Shown piece after piece: positions 19,600 to 29,909 of a DNA stretch of 32,000 bases; the first letter of the stretch is position 1; every line of letters begins with the position of its first letter. The DNA is from Chlamydiales bacterium (GTDB lineage: Bacteria; Chlamydiota; Chlamydiia; Chlamydiales; JAAKFR01): positions 960,001 through 992,000 of the forward strand of contig JAWLBH010000001.1 of the NCBI GenBank assembly GCA_041395025.1. Direction: 5' to 3'. The notes below the pieces were generated by a model. The model worked only from the letters and a program-made list of their open reading frames with translations. It did no database searches and was not told the DNA's origin. The translations under genes and the position numbers were made by a program.

Positions 19600-19638
19600 T
19601 CTATTTAAGGTAAATAATAATGGATAGGAGCTACACTT

Positions 19639-20058
19639 ATGTCGTTTATCCCAAAGCGTACTAAATTTCGTAAGCAGCAAAAAGGGCATCATACTGGGTT
19701 AAGTAAAGCAGGCAATTTTATTAGTTTTGGTGACTTTGGAATGCAGGTACTTGATCGAGGTCGTATTACTAGTCAGCAAATTGAAGCTTGCCGTGTTGCG
19801 ATCAACCGTTATTTCAAAAGGCAGGGTAAGGTTTGGATTCGTATTTTTCCAGATAAACCAGTGAGTAAGAAACCTGCTGAGACAAGGATGGGGAAAGGAA
19901 AAGGGGCTCCTGATCATTGGGTGGCAGTTGTGCGTCCTGGTCGTGTTCTTTTTGAAGTGGCTAATGTATCTCGTGAGGATGCGCAGAATGCTTTAAGAAG
20001 AGCAGCAGCGAAACTCGGTTTAAGAACACGATTTGTTGAGCGTGTTGAAACGGTATAG
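19639..20058 (+). CDS. rplP: 50S ribosomal protein L16
   Basis: [12 protein letters not shown]...[16 protein letters not shown]...[29 protein letters not shown] Shine-Dalgarno upstream. Confidence 0.97.
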   Translation: MSFIPKRTKFRKQQKGHHTGLSKAGNFISFGDFGMQVLDRGRITSQQIEACRVAINRYFKRQGKVWIRIFPDKPVSKKPAETRMGKGKGAPDHWVAVVRPGRVLFEVANVSREDAQNALRRAAAKLGLRTRFVERVETV

Positions 20059-20071
20059 AAAGGAATAAGCA

Positions 20072-20272
20072 GTGAATAAGGTTGAAAAATTTAGAAGTAA
20101 AAGTAATGAGGAACTTGACTTAGATCTTGAGACTTTTCGTAAAGAGCTTTTTGATTTAAGAAGTGAGCGCTTAGATAGCAAAACTCAAAAAACACACCTT
20201 TTTCGTCAAACACGTAAACAAATTGCACGGATTCTTACCATAAAAAAAGAAAGAAGTTTAAAGAAGGATTAA
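20072..20272 (+). CDS. rpmC: 50S ribosomal protein L29
   Basis: GTG start with AAGGA upstream. SNEELDLDLETFRKELFDLRSE...RKQIARILTI follows the L29 helical hairpin pattern. Confidence 0.9.
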   Translation: MNKVEKFRSKSNEELDLDLETFRKELFDLRSERLDSKTQKTHLFRQTRKQIARILTIKKERSLKKD

Positions 20273-20281
20273 GAATATCTC

Positions 20282-20536
20282 ATGAGTCAGTCTGAGAGAG
20301 GAAATAGAAAAACTAAAACGGGGATTGTGGTTTCCAAAAAAGCGGCAAAAACAGTCGTTGTTCGTGTTGAAAGGACTTATCGCCATCCCCTTTATGGAAA
20401 AGTCGTTCGTAGTTCTACAAATTATCATGCTCACGATGAGCATGTAGAGACTCTTAAAGAGGGAGATGTAGTGACTATTATGGAATCGCGCCCAATCTCG
20501 AAATTGAAAAATTGGCGTGTAGTTAGAAAATCATAA
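20282..20536 (+). CDS. rpsQ: 30S ribosomal protein S17
   Basis: [42 protein letters not shown]...[14 protein letters not shown]. Confidence 0.96.
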   Translation: MSQSERGNRKTKTGIVVSKKAAKTVVVRVERTYRHPLYGKVVRSSTNYHAHDEHVETLKEGDVVTIMESRPISKLKNWRVVRKS

Positions 20537-20558
20537 TTTAATTAAGTGGAATGGAGAT

Positions 20559-20927
20559 ATGCTTCAACAAGAATCTCAACTAAAAGTTGCTGACAATACT
20601 GGGGCGAAAAAGGTCAAATGTTTTAAAGTCATTGGTGGTTCCAAACGCCGCTATGCGCATGTTGGGGATGTGATTATCTGTTCAGTTCGAGAAGCTGAAC
20701 CAGATGCTCAAATTAAAAAAGGCGAAGTAGTTAAAGCTGTGGTTGTTCGAACACATCGATATATTAAAAGGTCTGATGGATCTTGGTTGCGTTTTGATAG
20801 CAATAGTTGTGTGATTATTGATGATAAAGGGAGTCCACGGGGTACTCGTATTTTTGGGCCGATTGCTCGTGAAGTACGTGAGCGTGGTTATATTAAGATT
20901 AGCTCTTTAGCTCCAGAGGTCATTTAG
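20559..20927 (+). CDS. rplN: 50S ribosomal protein L14
   Basis: [18 protein letters not shown]...[30 protein letters not shown]. Confidence 0.97.
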   Translation: MLQQESQLKVADNTGAKKVKCFKVIGGSKRRYAHVGDVIICSVREAEPDAQIKKGEVVKAVVVRTHRYIKRSDGSWLRFDSNSCVIIDDKGSPRGTRIFGPIAREVRERGYIKISSLAPEVI

Positions 20928-20928
20928 T

Positions 20929-21261
20929 ATGAAAAAGACGCTTTTATGTAAAGATGATGAAGTAGTTGTGATTGCAGGAAATGATAAAGGAAAAGTAGGA
21001 AAAATCATTTCAATTAATCATCAACGAGTTGTGATTGAGGGTGTGAATCTTCGTAAAAAACATATGAAACCCACTAAACAGAATCAAAAAGGGCAAATTA
21101 TTGATATTGAATGTAGCATAGATATTTCTAATATCAAACCTTCTGTTGGGGGAGAAGTGGTAAAATTGCGAAAACGCTTTAACAAACAAGGTAAAAAAGA
21201 AATTTACTATTTGCGTGATCAGAAAGAACATTTGTATCGTTCTCGAAGCAAAAAGAATTAA
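20929..21261 (+). CDS. rplX: 50S ribosomal protein L24
   Basis: KOW motif [19 protein letters not shown], then [15 protein letters not shown]. Confidence 0.95.
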   Translation: MKKTLLCKDDEVVVIAGNDKGKVGKIISINHQRVVIEGVNLRKKHMKPTKQNQKGQIIDIECSIDISNIKPSVGGEVVKLRKRFNKQGKKEIYYLRDQKEHLYRSRSKKN

Positions 21262-21274
21262 AGGCATAAAAACA

Positions 21275-21832
21275 ATGTCAATACTAAAAGAGAAATACTG
21301 TACAGAAATTAAACCGGCACTAATGAAGAGATTTTTGTATAAAAATCCTATGCAAATCCCTATGGTCACAAAAATTGTGATTAGTATGGGGCTTGCAGAG
21401 GCTTCTAAAGATAAAAATGCTTTACAAGATGCGGTTAGAGAATTGACAATGTTATCGGGTCAAAAACCAATTTTAACCGGTGCACGTAAGTCAATTGCTG
21501 GTTTAAAGCTTAGAGAAGGTCAAATCATAGGAGCAAAGGTGACTTTGCGTGGTAAGCGTATGTATGATTTTATGTATCGGTTTTTTAATATTGTTTCTCC
21601 TCGTATTCGTGACTTTCGCGGATTTCGCAAAAAATGCGACGGAAGAGGGTCTTATTCTATTGGTATTGAAGATCAGCAGATTTTTCTTGAAATTAATCTT
21701 GATCAATCAAAACGCACTCAAGGAATGAATATTACTTTTGTGACTAATGCAAAAACAGATAAGGAATGTATTGAGCTATTAACAAAGCTTGGATTACCTT
21801 TTATAGATGAATTTAGGAAGGAGAAGCCATAA
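21275..21832 (+). CDS. rplE: 50S ribosomal protein L5
   Basis: True start is MSILKEKY at ATG 21275; the tracked start at 21215 overlaps rpl[29 protein letters not shown] and RDFRG...[10 protein letters not shown]. Confidence 0.96.
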   Translation: MSILKEKYCTEIKPALMKRFLYKNPMQIPMVTKIVISMGLAEASKDKNALQDAVRELTMLSGQKPILTGARKSIAGLKLREGQIIGAKVTLRGKRMYDFMYRFFNIVSPRIRDFRGFRKKCDGRGSYSIGIEDQQIFLEINLDQSKRTQGMNITFVTNAKTDKECIELLTKLGLPFIDEFRKEKP

Positions 21833-22228
21833 ATGGTAAATGACCCAATTGCCGATTTACTCACTAGGATTCGTAATGCTTCGATGGGGAAACATTTTTA
21901 TTTAGATATACATTGTAGTAAACTCCTAGAGTCAATAGTTAAAATTTTGAAAGACAATGGTTTTATCGCGTATTACTTAGTCAAAGAAGAAAATAAACGT
22001 AAAACCATGCGTATATTTCTTAAATATACAGATGAGAGAGAAAGAGTGATTCATGGTTTAAAAAGAGTGTCAAAATCTTCTCTTCGTAAGTATGTAAAAG
22101 CTAAATCGATTCCAACAGTATTAGGTAGGATGGGAATTTCAATTATTTCAACATCGAAGGGATTAATGGATGATCAAACTGCTCGTAAACAAAATCTAGG
22201 CGGGGAATTAATCTGCCAAGTTTGGTAA
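21833..22228 (+). CDS. rpsH: 30S ribosomal protein S8
   Basis: MVNDPIADLLTRIRNA...GGELICQVW. The start abuts the rplE stop, so no rpsN lies between them. Confidence 0.97.
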   Translation: MVNDPIADLLTRIRNASMGKHFYLDIHCSKLLESIVKILKDNGFIAYYLVKEENKRKTMRIFLKYTDERERVIHGLKRVSKSSLRKYVKAKSIPTVLGRMGISIISTSKGLMDDQTARKQNLGGELICQVW

Positions 22229-22248
22229 TTAGGAGGATTTAAATTTTC

Positions 22249-22788
22249 ATGTCTCGAAAAGCAAAATTACCCATTGTCTTTCCAAAAGAAGTTGAAATTC
22301 ATAAGGATGATTGTACTCTTGAAGTTAAGGGTCCTAAAGGGAGTTTGGAACTTAAATTAATGAAAGGAATCGAAGTTGTGGTCCAAAATCATCAAATAAA
22401 AGTGGAATTATCTCCCGAACTAAAAGAAAAGACCAATTTTCTTGGACTCTATTGGTCGCTCATTTTTAACATGGTTAAAGGAGTAGTAGAGGGGTTTGAG
22501 AAGCGTCTAGAAATGATTGGTGTAGGATTTCGTGCAGCTGTTCAAGGAAATTTTCTTGATTTGCAAATAGGGCTCTCTCATTCAATGAAAATGCCTATTC
22601 CCAAAGGCCTTGAATTAAGCGTTGAAAAAAACACGCTTATTTCTATTAAAGGGATTGATAAACAGGCTGTTGGTCAGTTTGCTGCCGATGTTCGTGCAAA
22701 GCGTCCTCCTGAACCTTATAAAGGAAAAGGAATTCGCTATGATAATGAATATGTACGTCGTAAAGCTGGTAAAACTAGCAAAAAGTAG
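22249..22788 (+). CDS. rplF: 50S ribosomal protein L6
   Basis: MSRKAKLPI...[10 protein letters not shown]...GVGFRA...[17 protein letters not shown] Shine-Dalgarno upstream. Confidence 0.96.
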   Translation: MSRKAKLPIVFPKEVEIHKDDCTLEVKGPKGSLELKLMKGIEVVVQNHQIKVELSPELKEKTNFLGLYWSLIFNMVKGVVEGFEKRLEMIGVGFRAAVQGNFLDLQIGLSHSMKMPIPKGLELSVEKNTLISIKGIDKQAVGQFAADVRAKRPPEPYKGKGIRYDNEYVRRKAGKTSKK

Positions 22789-22798
22789 GATAATTATC

Positions 22799-23167
22799 AT
22801 GGATAGTAGTCAAGCGAAAGCCATTCGAACTCGAAAAAAGAGAGTCTTACGTAGTCGAAAAAAATTGCGTAATTCTGAAAGGCCACGTTTATGTATTATG
22901 AAAAGTAATAAGCACCTTTATGTTCAATTAATAGACGATGAGAAGGCTATTACCTTAGCGAGTATGTCGACTCTTTCAAAAGACTTTTCTTCCGCTAGTC
23001 ATAATAGAAAGAATCAAATATCTGCAAAACAGCTTGGATTAAAAATTGCCGAACTAGCAAAACAGCAGTCTGTGAGTCGAGTCGTATGTGATCGTAGTGG
23101 TTTTAAATATCATGGTTTGGTGGCGGCTTTAGCGGATGGTGCAAGAGAAGGTGGCTTAGAATTCTAG
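22799..23167 (+). CDS. rplR: 50S ribosomal protein L18
   Basis: True start is MDSSQAKAIRTRKKR at ATG 22799; the tracked start at 22622 lies inside rplF. RLCIMKSNKHLYVQLIDD...DRSGFKYHGLVAALADGAREGGLEF. Confidence 0.95.
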   Translation: MDSSQAKAIRTRKKRVLRSRKKLRNSERPRLCIMKSNKHLYVQLIDDEKAITLASMSTLSKDFSSASHNRKNQISAKQLGLKIAELAKQQSVSRVVCDRSGFKYHGLVAALADGAREGGLEF

Positions 23168-23179
23168 GAGAAGTATCGT

Positions 23180-23656
23180 ATGCCAGGAAAAAATGAAGAA
23201 GATTTAGAAGAAAAAGTACTTTTTGTAAATCGTTGCTCAAAAGTTGTGAAAGGTGGGCGTAAATTTAGCTTTTCAGCACTCATTTTAGTAGGAAATCATA
23301 ATGGTTATGTTGGATATGGTTTTGCTAAAGCAAATGAGTTAATTGATGCAATCCGTAAAGGAGGAGAAGCTGCACGTAAAAACCTGATAACTTTTGAAAT
23401 AGAAGGTACCACAATTCCTCATGAGGTAATCGTTGATTTTGACGGAGCAAAACTTTTGCTTAAACCAGCTCCTGAAGGGTCAGGGGTAGTGGCAGGATCA
23501 AGGATTCGTTCAATTCTAGAATTTGCTGGTGTTCGTGATGTGATTGCTAAAAGTATTGGATCAAATAATCCCATTAATCAAGTTAAAGCCACATTTAAAG
23601 CCCTGTCACAGTTAAGAAATCGAAAAGAATCCATGGAAATGAGAGGATTAGTTTGA
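23180..23656 (+). CDS. rpsE: 30S ribosomal protein S5
   Basis: VNRCSKVVKGGRKFSFSALILVGNHNGYVGYGFAKANE...GSGVVAGSRIRSILEFAG. Confidence 0.97.
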   Translation: MPGKNEEDLEEKVLFVNRCSKVVKGGRKFSFSALILVGNHNGYVGYGFAKANELIDAIRKGGEAARKNLITFEIEGTTIPHEVIVDFDGAKLLLKPAPEGSGVVAGSRIRSILEFAGVRDVIAKSIGSNNPINQVKATFKALSQLRNRKESMEMRGLV

Positions 23657-24096
23657 TGATCAAGCTCGCATTGCTTAAAAATACTTCTCGTAAGCAGAAG
23701 AGATCTAAACTTTTAGGTCGTGGCCCTGGTTCTAAACGAGGAAAAACTTGTGGTCGAGGACATAAGGGGATGGGTGCACGCTCTGGTTATACAAAGCGTT
23801 TAGGGTATATTGGAGGAGGTGTTCCTCTTCATAAAACAGTCCCCACTCGTGGTTTTTCAAATTTTCGTTTCGCAAAAAAATTGCATGCAATCAATCTCAA
23901 ACAAATTAATGCAATGTATGATGAGGGAGAGATTGTGAATTTAGAAACGTTAAAAGCAAAAGGATTTATCAAAGGACAGTCAAATGGGGTTAAGGTATTG
24001 GCTGATGGAGAATTGTTAAAAAAAGTCTCTTTTCAAGTAGAGAGTTTTTCTTATGGAGCGAAAAAGAAAATTAAAGCAACTGGGATTTTGATTTAA
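23656..24096 (+). CDS. rplO: 50S ribosomal protein L15
   Basis: [21 protein letters not shown] 23656 shares one nt with the rpsE TGA stop; the TTG at 23653 is the alternative. No rpmD lies between rpsE and rplO. Confidence 0.93.
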   Translation: MIKLALLKNTSRKQKRSKLLGRGPGSKRGKTCGRGHKGMGARSGYTKRLGYIGGGVPLHKTVPTRGFSNFRFAKKLHAINLKQINAMYDEGEIVNLETLKAKGFIKGQSNGVKVLADGELLKKVSFQVESFSYGAKKKIKATGILI

Positions 24097-24098
24097 AT

Positions 24099-25460
24099 AT
24101 GCTTGAGACCGTCAGACGTATTGGGATGATCACAGAGCTTAAGCAGCGAATTGTATTCACTATATTGATATTAATTGTTTGTAGAATTGGGGTTTTCATC
24201 CCAGTTCCTGGAATTAATGGTGAACTCGCTCTTGCCTATTTTAAACAGGCTACAGGAGGGGGTCAAAATCTTTTTCAGCTAGTGGATATTTTTTCTGGAG
24301 GGGCATTTGCTCAAATGACTGTGATTGCTTTGGGTGTGGTTCCATATATTTCTGCTTCTATTATTATGCAGCTATTGATTGCTCTTATGCCAAATCTTCA
24401 AAGGGAAGTACGTGAAAATCCTGATGCTGGAAGAAGAAAAGTCAATAAATATACACGTATTTTAACGGTTTTTTTAGCCATTGTGCAATCGATGTTATTT
24501 GCACGCTATGCAATTGGAATGAATCAGGAAAATCCAGGAATTATTCTCTCAGAAATGTTGGTAATTCAGCTTTTTGGGATTCCTTGGATTTTTTTTATAG
24601 TCACTATTTTAACCATGACAACAGGAACGGTTTTTCTAATGTGGTTAGGAGAACAGATTACAGAAAAGGGTATTGGAAATGGAATGAGCTTGATTATTGC
24701 TTTAGGAATCATCTCTTCGCTGCCTTCAACGATTGGTTCAGTAATTAAGCAGTTAAATCTTGATTCACAAGAAAATGGTCAGCTTAATTTTTCTTCTCTT
24801 CTTCTTTTATTAGCTGTCTTTGTCTGTGTGATTATTACAACCATTCTTATTATTCAAGGTGTACGTAAAATTCCTGTTCAATACGCCAGACGTGTTGTAG
24901 GAAGGCGTGAAGTTCAAGGAGGAGGATCTTATGTCCCCTTAAAAATAAATTATGCTGGAGTGATTCCTGTAATTTTCGCCTCTTCTCTTTTAATGTTTCC
25001 TGCTACTTTAGTCCAATTCCTCGGGCGTAGTGGATTCTTAGGATCAATTGCAGTAGCCATGACTCCAGGGAGTTTTTTTTATACATTTGTTTATGTACTT
25101 CTTATTTTATTTTTTACTTATTTTTGGACAGCTACTCAGTTTCATCCGGAACAAATTGCTTCAGATATGAAAAAAAATGGGGCATTTATTCCTGGGATTC
25201 GCCAAGGAAAGCCTACACAAGATTTTTTAGAATCAACTATGAATCGTATTACTTTAATTGGCGCAATATTTCTTGCAATTATTGCTATTCTTCCCTCAAT
25301 GATTGGGAAAATTTTGCATATTGATCCAAGTATTAGTTACTTTTTTGGAGGAACAGCTCTACTCATTTTAGTTGGAGTTGTACTTGATACAATGAAACAA
25401 ATAGAATCTCATCTTTTAATGAAGCGCTATGAAGGATTCATGAAAAGAAGTAAAAGATAA
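24099..25460 (+). CDS. secY: preprotein translocase subunit SecY
   Basis: 453 aa and polytopic. [43 protein letters not shown], and the C-terminal YEGFMK-like tail. Confidence 0.97.
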   Translation: MLETVRRIGMITELKQRIVFTILILIVCRIGVFIPVPGINGELALAYFKQATGGGQNLFQLVDIFSGGAFAQMTVIALGVVPYISASIIMQLLIALMPNLQREVRENPDAGRRKVNKYTRILTVFLAIVQSMLFARYAIGMNQENPGIILSEMLVIQLFGIPWIFFIVTILTMTTGTVFLMWLGEQITEKGIGNGMSLIIALGIISSLPSTIGSVIKQLNLDSQENGQLNFSSLLLLLAVFVCVIITTILIIQGVRKIPVQYARRVVGRREVQGGGSYVPLKINYAGVIPVIFASSLLMFPATLVQFLGRSGFLGSIAVAMTPGSFFYTFVYVLLILFFTYFWTATQFHPEQIASDMKKNGAFIPGIRQGKPTQDFLESTMNRITLIGAIFLAIIAILPSMIGKILHIDPSISYFFGGTALLILVGVVLDTMKQIESHLLMKRYEGFMKRSKR

Positions 25461-25527
25461 GCTATAAATTGATTTTAAGTTAGATGTTTGATAGAATTTT
25501 GCGGATTTAAAGTTAAGGACAGAAAGT

Positions 25528-25896
25528 ATGACACGTGTTATTGGCATAGATATTCCTGGGAAAAAACGACTAGTGATTAGTTTAACTTATGTTTATGGCA
25601 TTGGTCGATTTCGTTCCGAAGAAATTATTGCCAAACTAGGTTTGGATCCCAATATGCGTGCAGAGAAATTAACGGATGACGATATTGTCCGTTTAAATGA
25701 AGTGTTGCAGAAAGATTATGTTGTAGAAGGAGATCTTCGAAGACAGGTTCAAAGCAATATTAAGCGCTTAATTAATATTCATTGTTATCGTGGTCTTAGA
25801 CATAGACTTGGCCTTCCAGTTCGTGGACAACGAACTCAAACAAATGCACGAACTCGAAAAGGCAAAAAACGAACAGTTGCTGGTAAAAAGAAATAA
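25528..25896 (+). CDS. rpsM: 30S ribosomal protein S13
   Basis: [14 protein letters not shown]...YGIG...[26 protein letters not shown]. Confidence 0.97.
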   Translation: MTRVIGIDIPGKKRLVISLTYVYGIGRFRSEEIIAKLGLDPNMRAEKLTDDDIVRLNEVLQKDYVVEGDLRRQVQSNIKRLINIHCYRGLRHRLGLPVRGQRTQTNARTRKGKKRTVAGKKK

Positions 25897-25916
25897 ATTT
25901 AATTTAGGAGACTCTT

Positions 25917-26321
25917 TTGGTCAAACAACCGCAAGTAAAAAAGGTCGGGAAAACCCGAAAAAAAGTCATTCGTAACATTCCTGCAGGCATTGTATATGTT
26001 AAGGCTACCTTTAATAATACGATTATCGCTATAGCTGATCCTTCTGGAAATGTTGTTGTTTGGTCATCTGCTGGAAAAGTTGGCTACAAAGGGTCACGTA
26101 AGTCTTCTGCTTTTGCAGCGACAGTTGCTGCTCAAGATGCAGGGAAAGCTGCCATGACAATGGGTATGAAAGAAGTTGAAGTCAATCTTAAAGGACCAGG
26201 GTCTGGACGAGAGTCAGCTGTACGTGCACTTATTAGTGTGGGTTTACAGGTAACTATTATTAGAGATGAAACACCCGTCGCTCATAATGGATGTCGTTCA
26301 TCCAGTCGTCGTAGAGTATAA
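25917..26321 (+). CDS. rpsK: 30S ribosomal protein S11
   Basis: TTG start 6 nt after AGGAG. VYVKATFNNTIIAIADPSGNVVVWSSAG...GSRKSSAFAA...DETPVAHNGCR. Confidence 0.95.
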   Translation: MVKQPQVKKVGKTRKKVIRNIPAGIVYVKATFNNTIIAIADPSGNVVVWSSAGKVGYKGSRKSSAFAATVAAQDAGKAAMTMGMKEVEVNLKGPGSGRESAVRALISVGLQVTIIRDETPVAHNGCRSSSRRRV

Positions 26322-26333
26322 GGAGATCAAGAG

Positions 26334-27431
26334 ATGCCATCTATTCTTTATAATAAGTTTGAAATGCCTGAAATGATTAAAATTGATGAAGAAAGTGTCT
26401 CAAATAATTATGCACGCTTCATTGCAGAGCCTTTTGAAAGAGGTTTTGGGCACACTATTGGTAATAGTTTACGTCGTATGCTTCTAACAGCTATTGAAGC
26501 GCCTGCAATTATTGCCTTTTTTATGGAAGGTGTTCCACACGAATATATGGCCATTGAAGGTGTTATTGAAGATGTAACGAATATTATTCTTAATTTAAAA
26601 AGTGCTCTTCTCCGTCGTCTTCCTTTAGATAACATGCCTAATAGACGAGAACAGCATACTTTGACAAAAAGTTTGCAAATTACTAATGAAGATTTAGGTT
26701 CTTCAGGACAAAAAGTTATCGTTCTTGGAGATCTTATTTCCAATAGTGATTTTGAAGTCGTTAATCCTGATTTACCCATTTTTACTGTAACAAAGCCGAT
26801 GAATCGCCGAATTAAACTGAAAGTCATGATTGGGCGTGGATATGTTCCTTCTGAAAGGCATGTGATTGTAAATCCAACAGCTGATGAGATTGTTGTGGAT
26901 TCAATATTTTCGCCAGTACGTATTGTGAATTACTTTGTTGAAGATACACGAGTTGGGCAAGATACTGATTTTGATCGTTTAATTCTTGATGTCACAACTG
27001 ATGGTCGGGTCACACCCCAGGAAGCACTTGCTTTTGCTGCAAAAATCCTAGTTAAACACCTCGCTATTTTTGAAACAATTGATCAGCGTCAAATTACATT
27101 TGAAGATGCTGCTATCAGTAGTGATAGTGATTTTGATGATGTCATGTCTAAGCTTGTTTTGAGTATTAATGAAATTGAGCTTTCTGTTCGTTCGACAAAT
27201 TGTCTCAATGGTGCGAATATAGAAACGATAGGTGAACTTGTAGTCATGCCAGAACTTAAATTACTACAATTTCGTAATTTTGGTAAAAAGTCACTAAACG
27301 AAATTAAAGCAAAGCTTACAGAGATGGAACTTGGTCTAGGAATGGATTTGTCTCGATTTGGTGTAACAGAACACAATGTAAAAGATAAAATTGATGAATA
27401 TTTAGAAGAACATAAGAAGGCGGTATCATGA
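26334..27431 (+). CDS. rpoA: DNA-directed RNA polymerase alpha subunit
   Basis: [24 protein letters not shown]-terminal domain. The C-terminal domain carries [22 protein letters not shown]...[18 protein letters not shown] Shine-Dalgarno upstream. Confidence 0.97.
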   Translation: MPSILYNKFEMPEMIKIDEESVSNNYARFIAEPFERGFGHTIGNSLRRMLLTAIEAPAIIAFFMEGVPHEYMAIEGVIEDVTNIILNLKSALLRRLPLDNMPNRREQHTLTKSLQITNEDLGSSGQKVIVLGDLISNSDFEVVNPDLPIFTVTKPMNRRIKLKVMIGRGYVPSERHVIVNPTADEIVVDSIFSPVRIVNYFVEDTRVGQDTDFDRLILDVTTDGRVTPQEALAFAAKILVKHLAIFETIDQRQITFEDAAISSDSDFDDVMSKLVLSINEIELSVRSTNCLNGANIETIGELVVMPELKLLQFRNFGKKSLNEIKAKLTEMELGLGMDLSRFGVTEHNVKDKIDEYLEEHKKAVS

Positions 27432-27856
27432 GACATCGCAAGAGGAATCTAAAGCTAGGACGTACCTCTTCACATAATCGTTGTATGATTGCGAATATGT
27501 TAAAGTCTTTAATCAATAAAGAGCGTATTAAGACTACTCTTGCCAAAGCAAAAGTGATGCGTAGATATGCTGATGGAATTATTACCTTGGCAAAAAATAA
27601 TACACTTGCAAATCGTCGAGCTGTGATTAGCAAATTAATGGTTCGTCATAATCGATTAACAAGTAAACAAGCAAGACAAATGAAAGAGGGAAGCAAAACA
27701 GCTCAAAATGTAGATCGAGGTATTGTCAGCAAGCTTTTCGATGTGCTAGGTCCTCGTTTTATCAATCGTCAGGGAGGATATACACGAATTATCCCCATGA
27801 TGAATAGAGTAGGTGATAATGCACCGATTTGTATACTTGAATTTCTAAATGAATAA
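27428..27856 (+). CDS. rplQ: 50S ribosomal protein L17
   Basis: [24 protein letters not shown]...GGYTRI. ATGA overlap with the rpoA stop. Confidence 0.96.
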   Translation: MRHRKRNLKLGRTSSHNRCMIANMLKSLINKERIKTTLAKAKVMRRYADGIITLAKNNTLANRRAVISKLMVRHNRLTSKQARQMKEGSKTAQNVDRGIVSKLFDVLGPRFINRQGGYTRIIPMMNRVGDNAPICILEFLNE

Positions 27857-27957
27857 GAAAAGTTTTTTCGTGCTTTTTAAGTGAAAAATTTCCCAAATGT
27901 AGTTATTTTTTTCAGAAGTTTCCTTAATCCATTATATCTCTTACAAAGGAGACAATT

Positions 27958-28980
27958 ATGGGGATAAGAATTGCGATTAATGGATTGGGTCGTATTGGAA
28001 GACATGTTTTAAAACGTGCTTTAAAATATCCTCATATCACAGTGGTTGCAGTTAACGATCTTGTTCCCTTAGATAACTTGGGGTATCTGCTTCGGTTTGA
28101 TTCGACTCATGGGTGTTTCAGTGGCAAAATTGAGATTCAAGAAGAAACCCTTTTAGTAGACAACAAGAAAATTCTCGTCTTAAATGAAAAAGATGTAACT
28201 GCTTTACCATGGAAAAAATTAAATATTGATTACGTTATTGAAGCTACAGGGTTATTTACTGGAAAAGCAATGGCTCAGCAGCATCTGCAAGCAGGTGCGA
28301 AACGTGTTGTGATTACAGCTCCTGCCAAAGGAGATGTTTCGACTTTTGTTATGGGTGTTAACCACACAAATTATGATCCTGATAAAGATAGAATTGTTTC
28401 GAACGCCTCATGTACGACAAATTGTTTAGCCCCTCTTGCTAAGGTTTTATTAGACCATTTTGGGATTGAAGAGGGACTCATGACCACCATTCACGCCATG
28501 ACTGCTACTCAATCTGTGGTAGATGGCCCTTCTAAGAAAGATTGGCGTGGAGGGCGTGGTGCACATCAAAATATTATTCCTTCTTCAACAGGGGCAGCTC
28601 AGGCTGTAGGACTCTGCTTGCCTAAACTAAAAGGGAAATTCACAGGCATGGCATTTCGTGTGCCTATTGCTGATGTGTCTGTAGTTGATCTGACTATTCG
28701 TTTGACTCGTGCAACCTCTTACGAAGCAATTTGTGAAAAAATGTTTGAAGCAGCGCAGGGATCCATGAAAGGCATTTTAGATTATTGTCAGGAAGAAGTT
28801 GTCTCTTCTGATTTTATAGGGTCGACTTTTTCCTCAATTTTTGATGTTAAAGCTGGAATCGCACTCAATGACCGATTTTTTAAGCTCATAGCTTGGTATG
28901 ATAATGAGATTGGATATGCGTGTCGTGTAATAGATCTTATTCATTATATAGCTAATCAAGAACCAAAGGGATTAATGTGA
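27958..28980 (+). CDS. gap: glyceraldehyde-3-phosphate dehydrogenase
   Basis: INGLGRIGR Rossmann start and active site [27 protein letters not shown] Shine-Dalgarno upstream. Confidence 0.97.
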   Translation: MGIRIAINGLGRIGRHVLKRALKYPHITVVAVNDLVPLDNLGYLLRFDSTHGCFSGKIEIQEETLLVDNKKILVLNEKDVTALPWKKLNIDYVIEATGLFTGKAMAQQHLQAGAKRVVITAPAKGDVSTFVMGVNHTNYDPDKDRIVSNASCTTNCLAPLAKVLLDHFGIEEGLMTTIHAMTATQSVVDGPSKKDWRGGRGAHQNIIPSSTGAAQAVGLCLPKLKGKFTGMAFRVPIADVSVVDLTIRLTRATSYEAICEKMFEAAQGSMKGILDYCQEEVVSSDFIGSTFSSIFDVKAGIALNDRFFKLIAWYDNEIGYACRVIDLIHYIANQEPKGLM

Positions 28981-29654
28981 ATTTTACTCGAGAGCCTCTT
29001 ATAGAAACGATAATTAATGCTAAGGATGGATATAAACTAGTCTTGCGCAACAGCAGAGGAGAAGAAGAGTTTTTTGTTGATGCAATAGAAGTGGTTTCAT
29101 TTGGAAGCAGTTCTTTTTATCGTTCATTAGAAAAACCTAAGCTTTTTTTAGTTCCGATGAGTGAGTATGCAGTGATCGAAGTCCGTCAAACTCAGGTTGT
29201 TTTAAAAACGCCTGCAATTGAAAAAGGAATTAAAATTGCTGGTGGACGTGACACAGCAGTGAAATCTTTTCGTGAAGGGAAACAGTCGGAAAATGCTTCT
29301 GTAGAATTAGAATCATCTGGGTCTCAAGAACAAAAAGTTGAGAAACGTCGAGAGCGTCGTCGTGTTCGCAAACGTCGTGGAACGAATGAGCAGTCGCAGG
29401 ATCATCAAGATGGAGAGATTAAGGAAGGAGAATCAGTAATGAAACCTGAAAAACACCTCTCGTCTAAACATATCGAAAAACCTACCTTGATCCCTCCTCC
29501 GTCGAATCTGATCTTTGAAACCATGAACCAACGTAAAGAGGCGATACCAAAAAGTACCAAAGAAATAGAAGCTAGAGAAGATATCCTATTAAATCAAGAC
29601 GAGGTTGTCGTAGATCACTCAGATAACGGATCAAACTCAGCAAAGGAAGAATAA
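28977..29654 (+). CDS. hypothetical protein with a structured N-terminal part and a charged, arginine-cluster-containing tail
   Basis: The GTG start overlaps the gap TGA stop (GTGA, 28977-28980). The first ~95 aa have mixed composition suggesting a folded domain. The rest is low-complexity E/K/S/Q-rich and contains [16 protein letters not shown]. No family recognised. Confidence 0.6.
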   Translation: MNFTREPLIETIINAKDGYKLVLRNSRGEEEFFVDAIEVVSFGSSSFYRSLEKPKLFLVPMSEYAVIEVRQTQVVLKTPAIEKGIKIAGGRDTAVKSFREGKQSENASVELESSGSQEQKVEKRRERRRVRKRRGTNEQSQDHQDGEIKEGESVMKPEKHLSSKHIEKPTLIPPPSNLIFETMNQRKEAIPKSTKEIEAREDILLNQDEVVVDHSDNGSNSAKEE

Positions 29655-29755
29655 GGATGGCTTATAGGACTTGTATCTAATTGGAAGATCAAGAAAACTC
29701 TTTAGAGGCTTTTCTAAAGCCAATAGTAGTTTTAGTTACATGGAGTTGTATGGTC

Positions 29756-29838
29756 GCTCGGATGGTGGAATGGTAGACACTAGGGACTTAAAATCCCTTG
29801 GGCTTTTGCCCGTGCGGGTTCGAGTCCCGCTCTGAGCA
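29756..29838 (+). tRNA. tRNA-Leu (anticodon UAA), type II with long variable arm, CCA not encoded
   Basis: Folded by hand. Acceptor stem GCTCGGA/TCTGAGC has 7 bp including one G-T. D stem is GTG/CAC with a GG-containing loop. Anticodon stem AGGGA/TCCCT carries loop CT-TAA-AA. Variable arm is GGGC-TTTT-GCCC. T arm is GCGGG-TTCGAGT-CCCGC. Discriminator is A. Confidence 0.92.
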
Positions 29839-29852
29839 AACTTATACTAAGC

Positions 29853-29886
29853 AGGTTATGATTTCTCAAAACAAGATTCATAACCT
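29853..29886 (+). terminator. inverted repeat (9-bp stem AGGTTATGA/TCATAACCT, 16-nt loop) just downstream of tRNA-Leu; possible tRNA terminator or processing hairpin
   Basis: The arms at 29853-29861 and 29878-29886 are perfectly complementary. No clear U-tract follows, so terminator function is uncertain. Confidence 0.25.
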
Positions 29887-29909
29887 TGCTATGTTTGTAC
29901 GGCACACCT

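Noticed and set aside
322-25975. Same-strand out-of-frame nested ORFs at 322-561, 1288-1473, 6259-6456, 16169-16354, 18535-18735, 25124-25324 and 25790-25975.
   Set aside because: They are embedded in alternative frames of dnaE, rsbW, rplC, rpsS/rplV, secY and rpsM. They have no Shine-Dalgarno and no recognisable product, so they are most simply frame artefacts.
26408-27633. Three antisense ORFs (26408-26827, 27089-27436, 27316-27633, minus strand) inside rpoA/rplQ. Similar antisense ORFs occur at 1847-2029, 2902-3243, 3685-3888, 6372-6587, 7389-7574, 9987-10211, 10364-10606, 13113-13439 and 13632-13817. Others are at 15191-15442, 18392-18691, 19510-19692, 19699-19917, 20258-20443, 21010-21369, 21503-21706, 22615-22800 and 31481-31681.
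   Set aside because: All lie opposite strongly supported conserved genes. Their products are low-complexity with no recognisable motif. Such shadow ORFs are expected by chance opposite highly expressed genes in AT-rich DNA.
29700-29721. Short hairpins downstream of the gap-coupled ORF, considered as an operon terminator. The alternatives are CTTTAGA/TCTAAAG and GGCTTT/AAAGCC.
   Set aside because: The stems are only 6-7 bp and AT-rich, with mutually exclusive alternatives and no adjacent U-tract. That is too weak to call.
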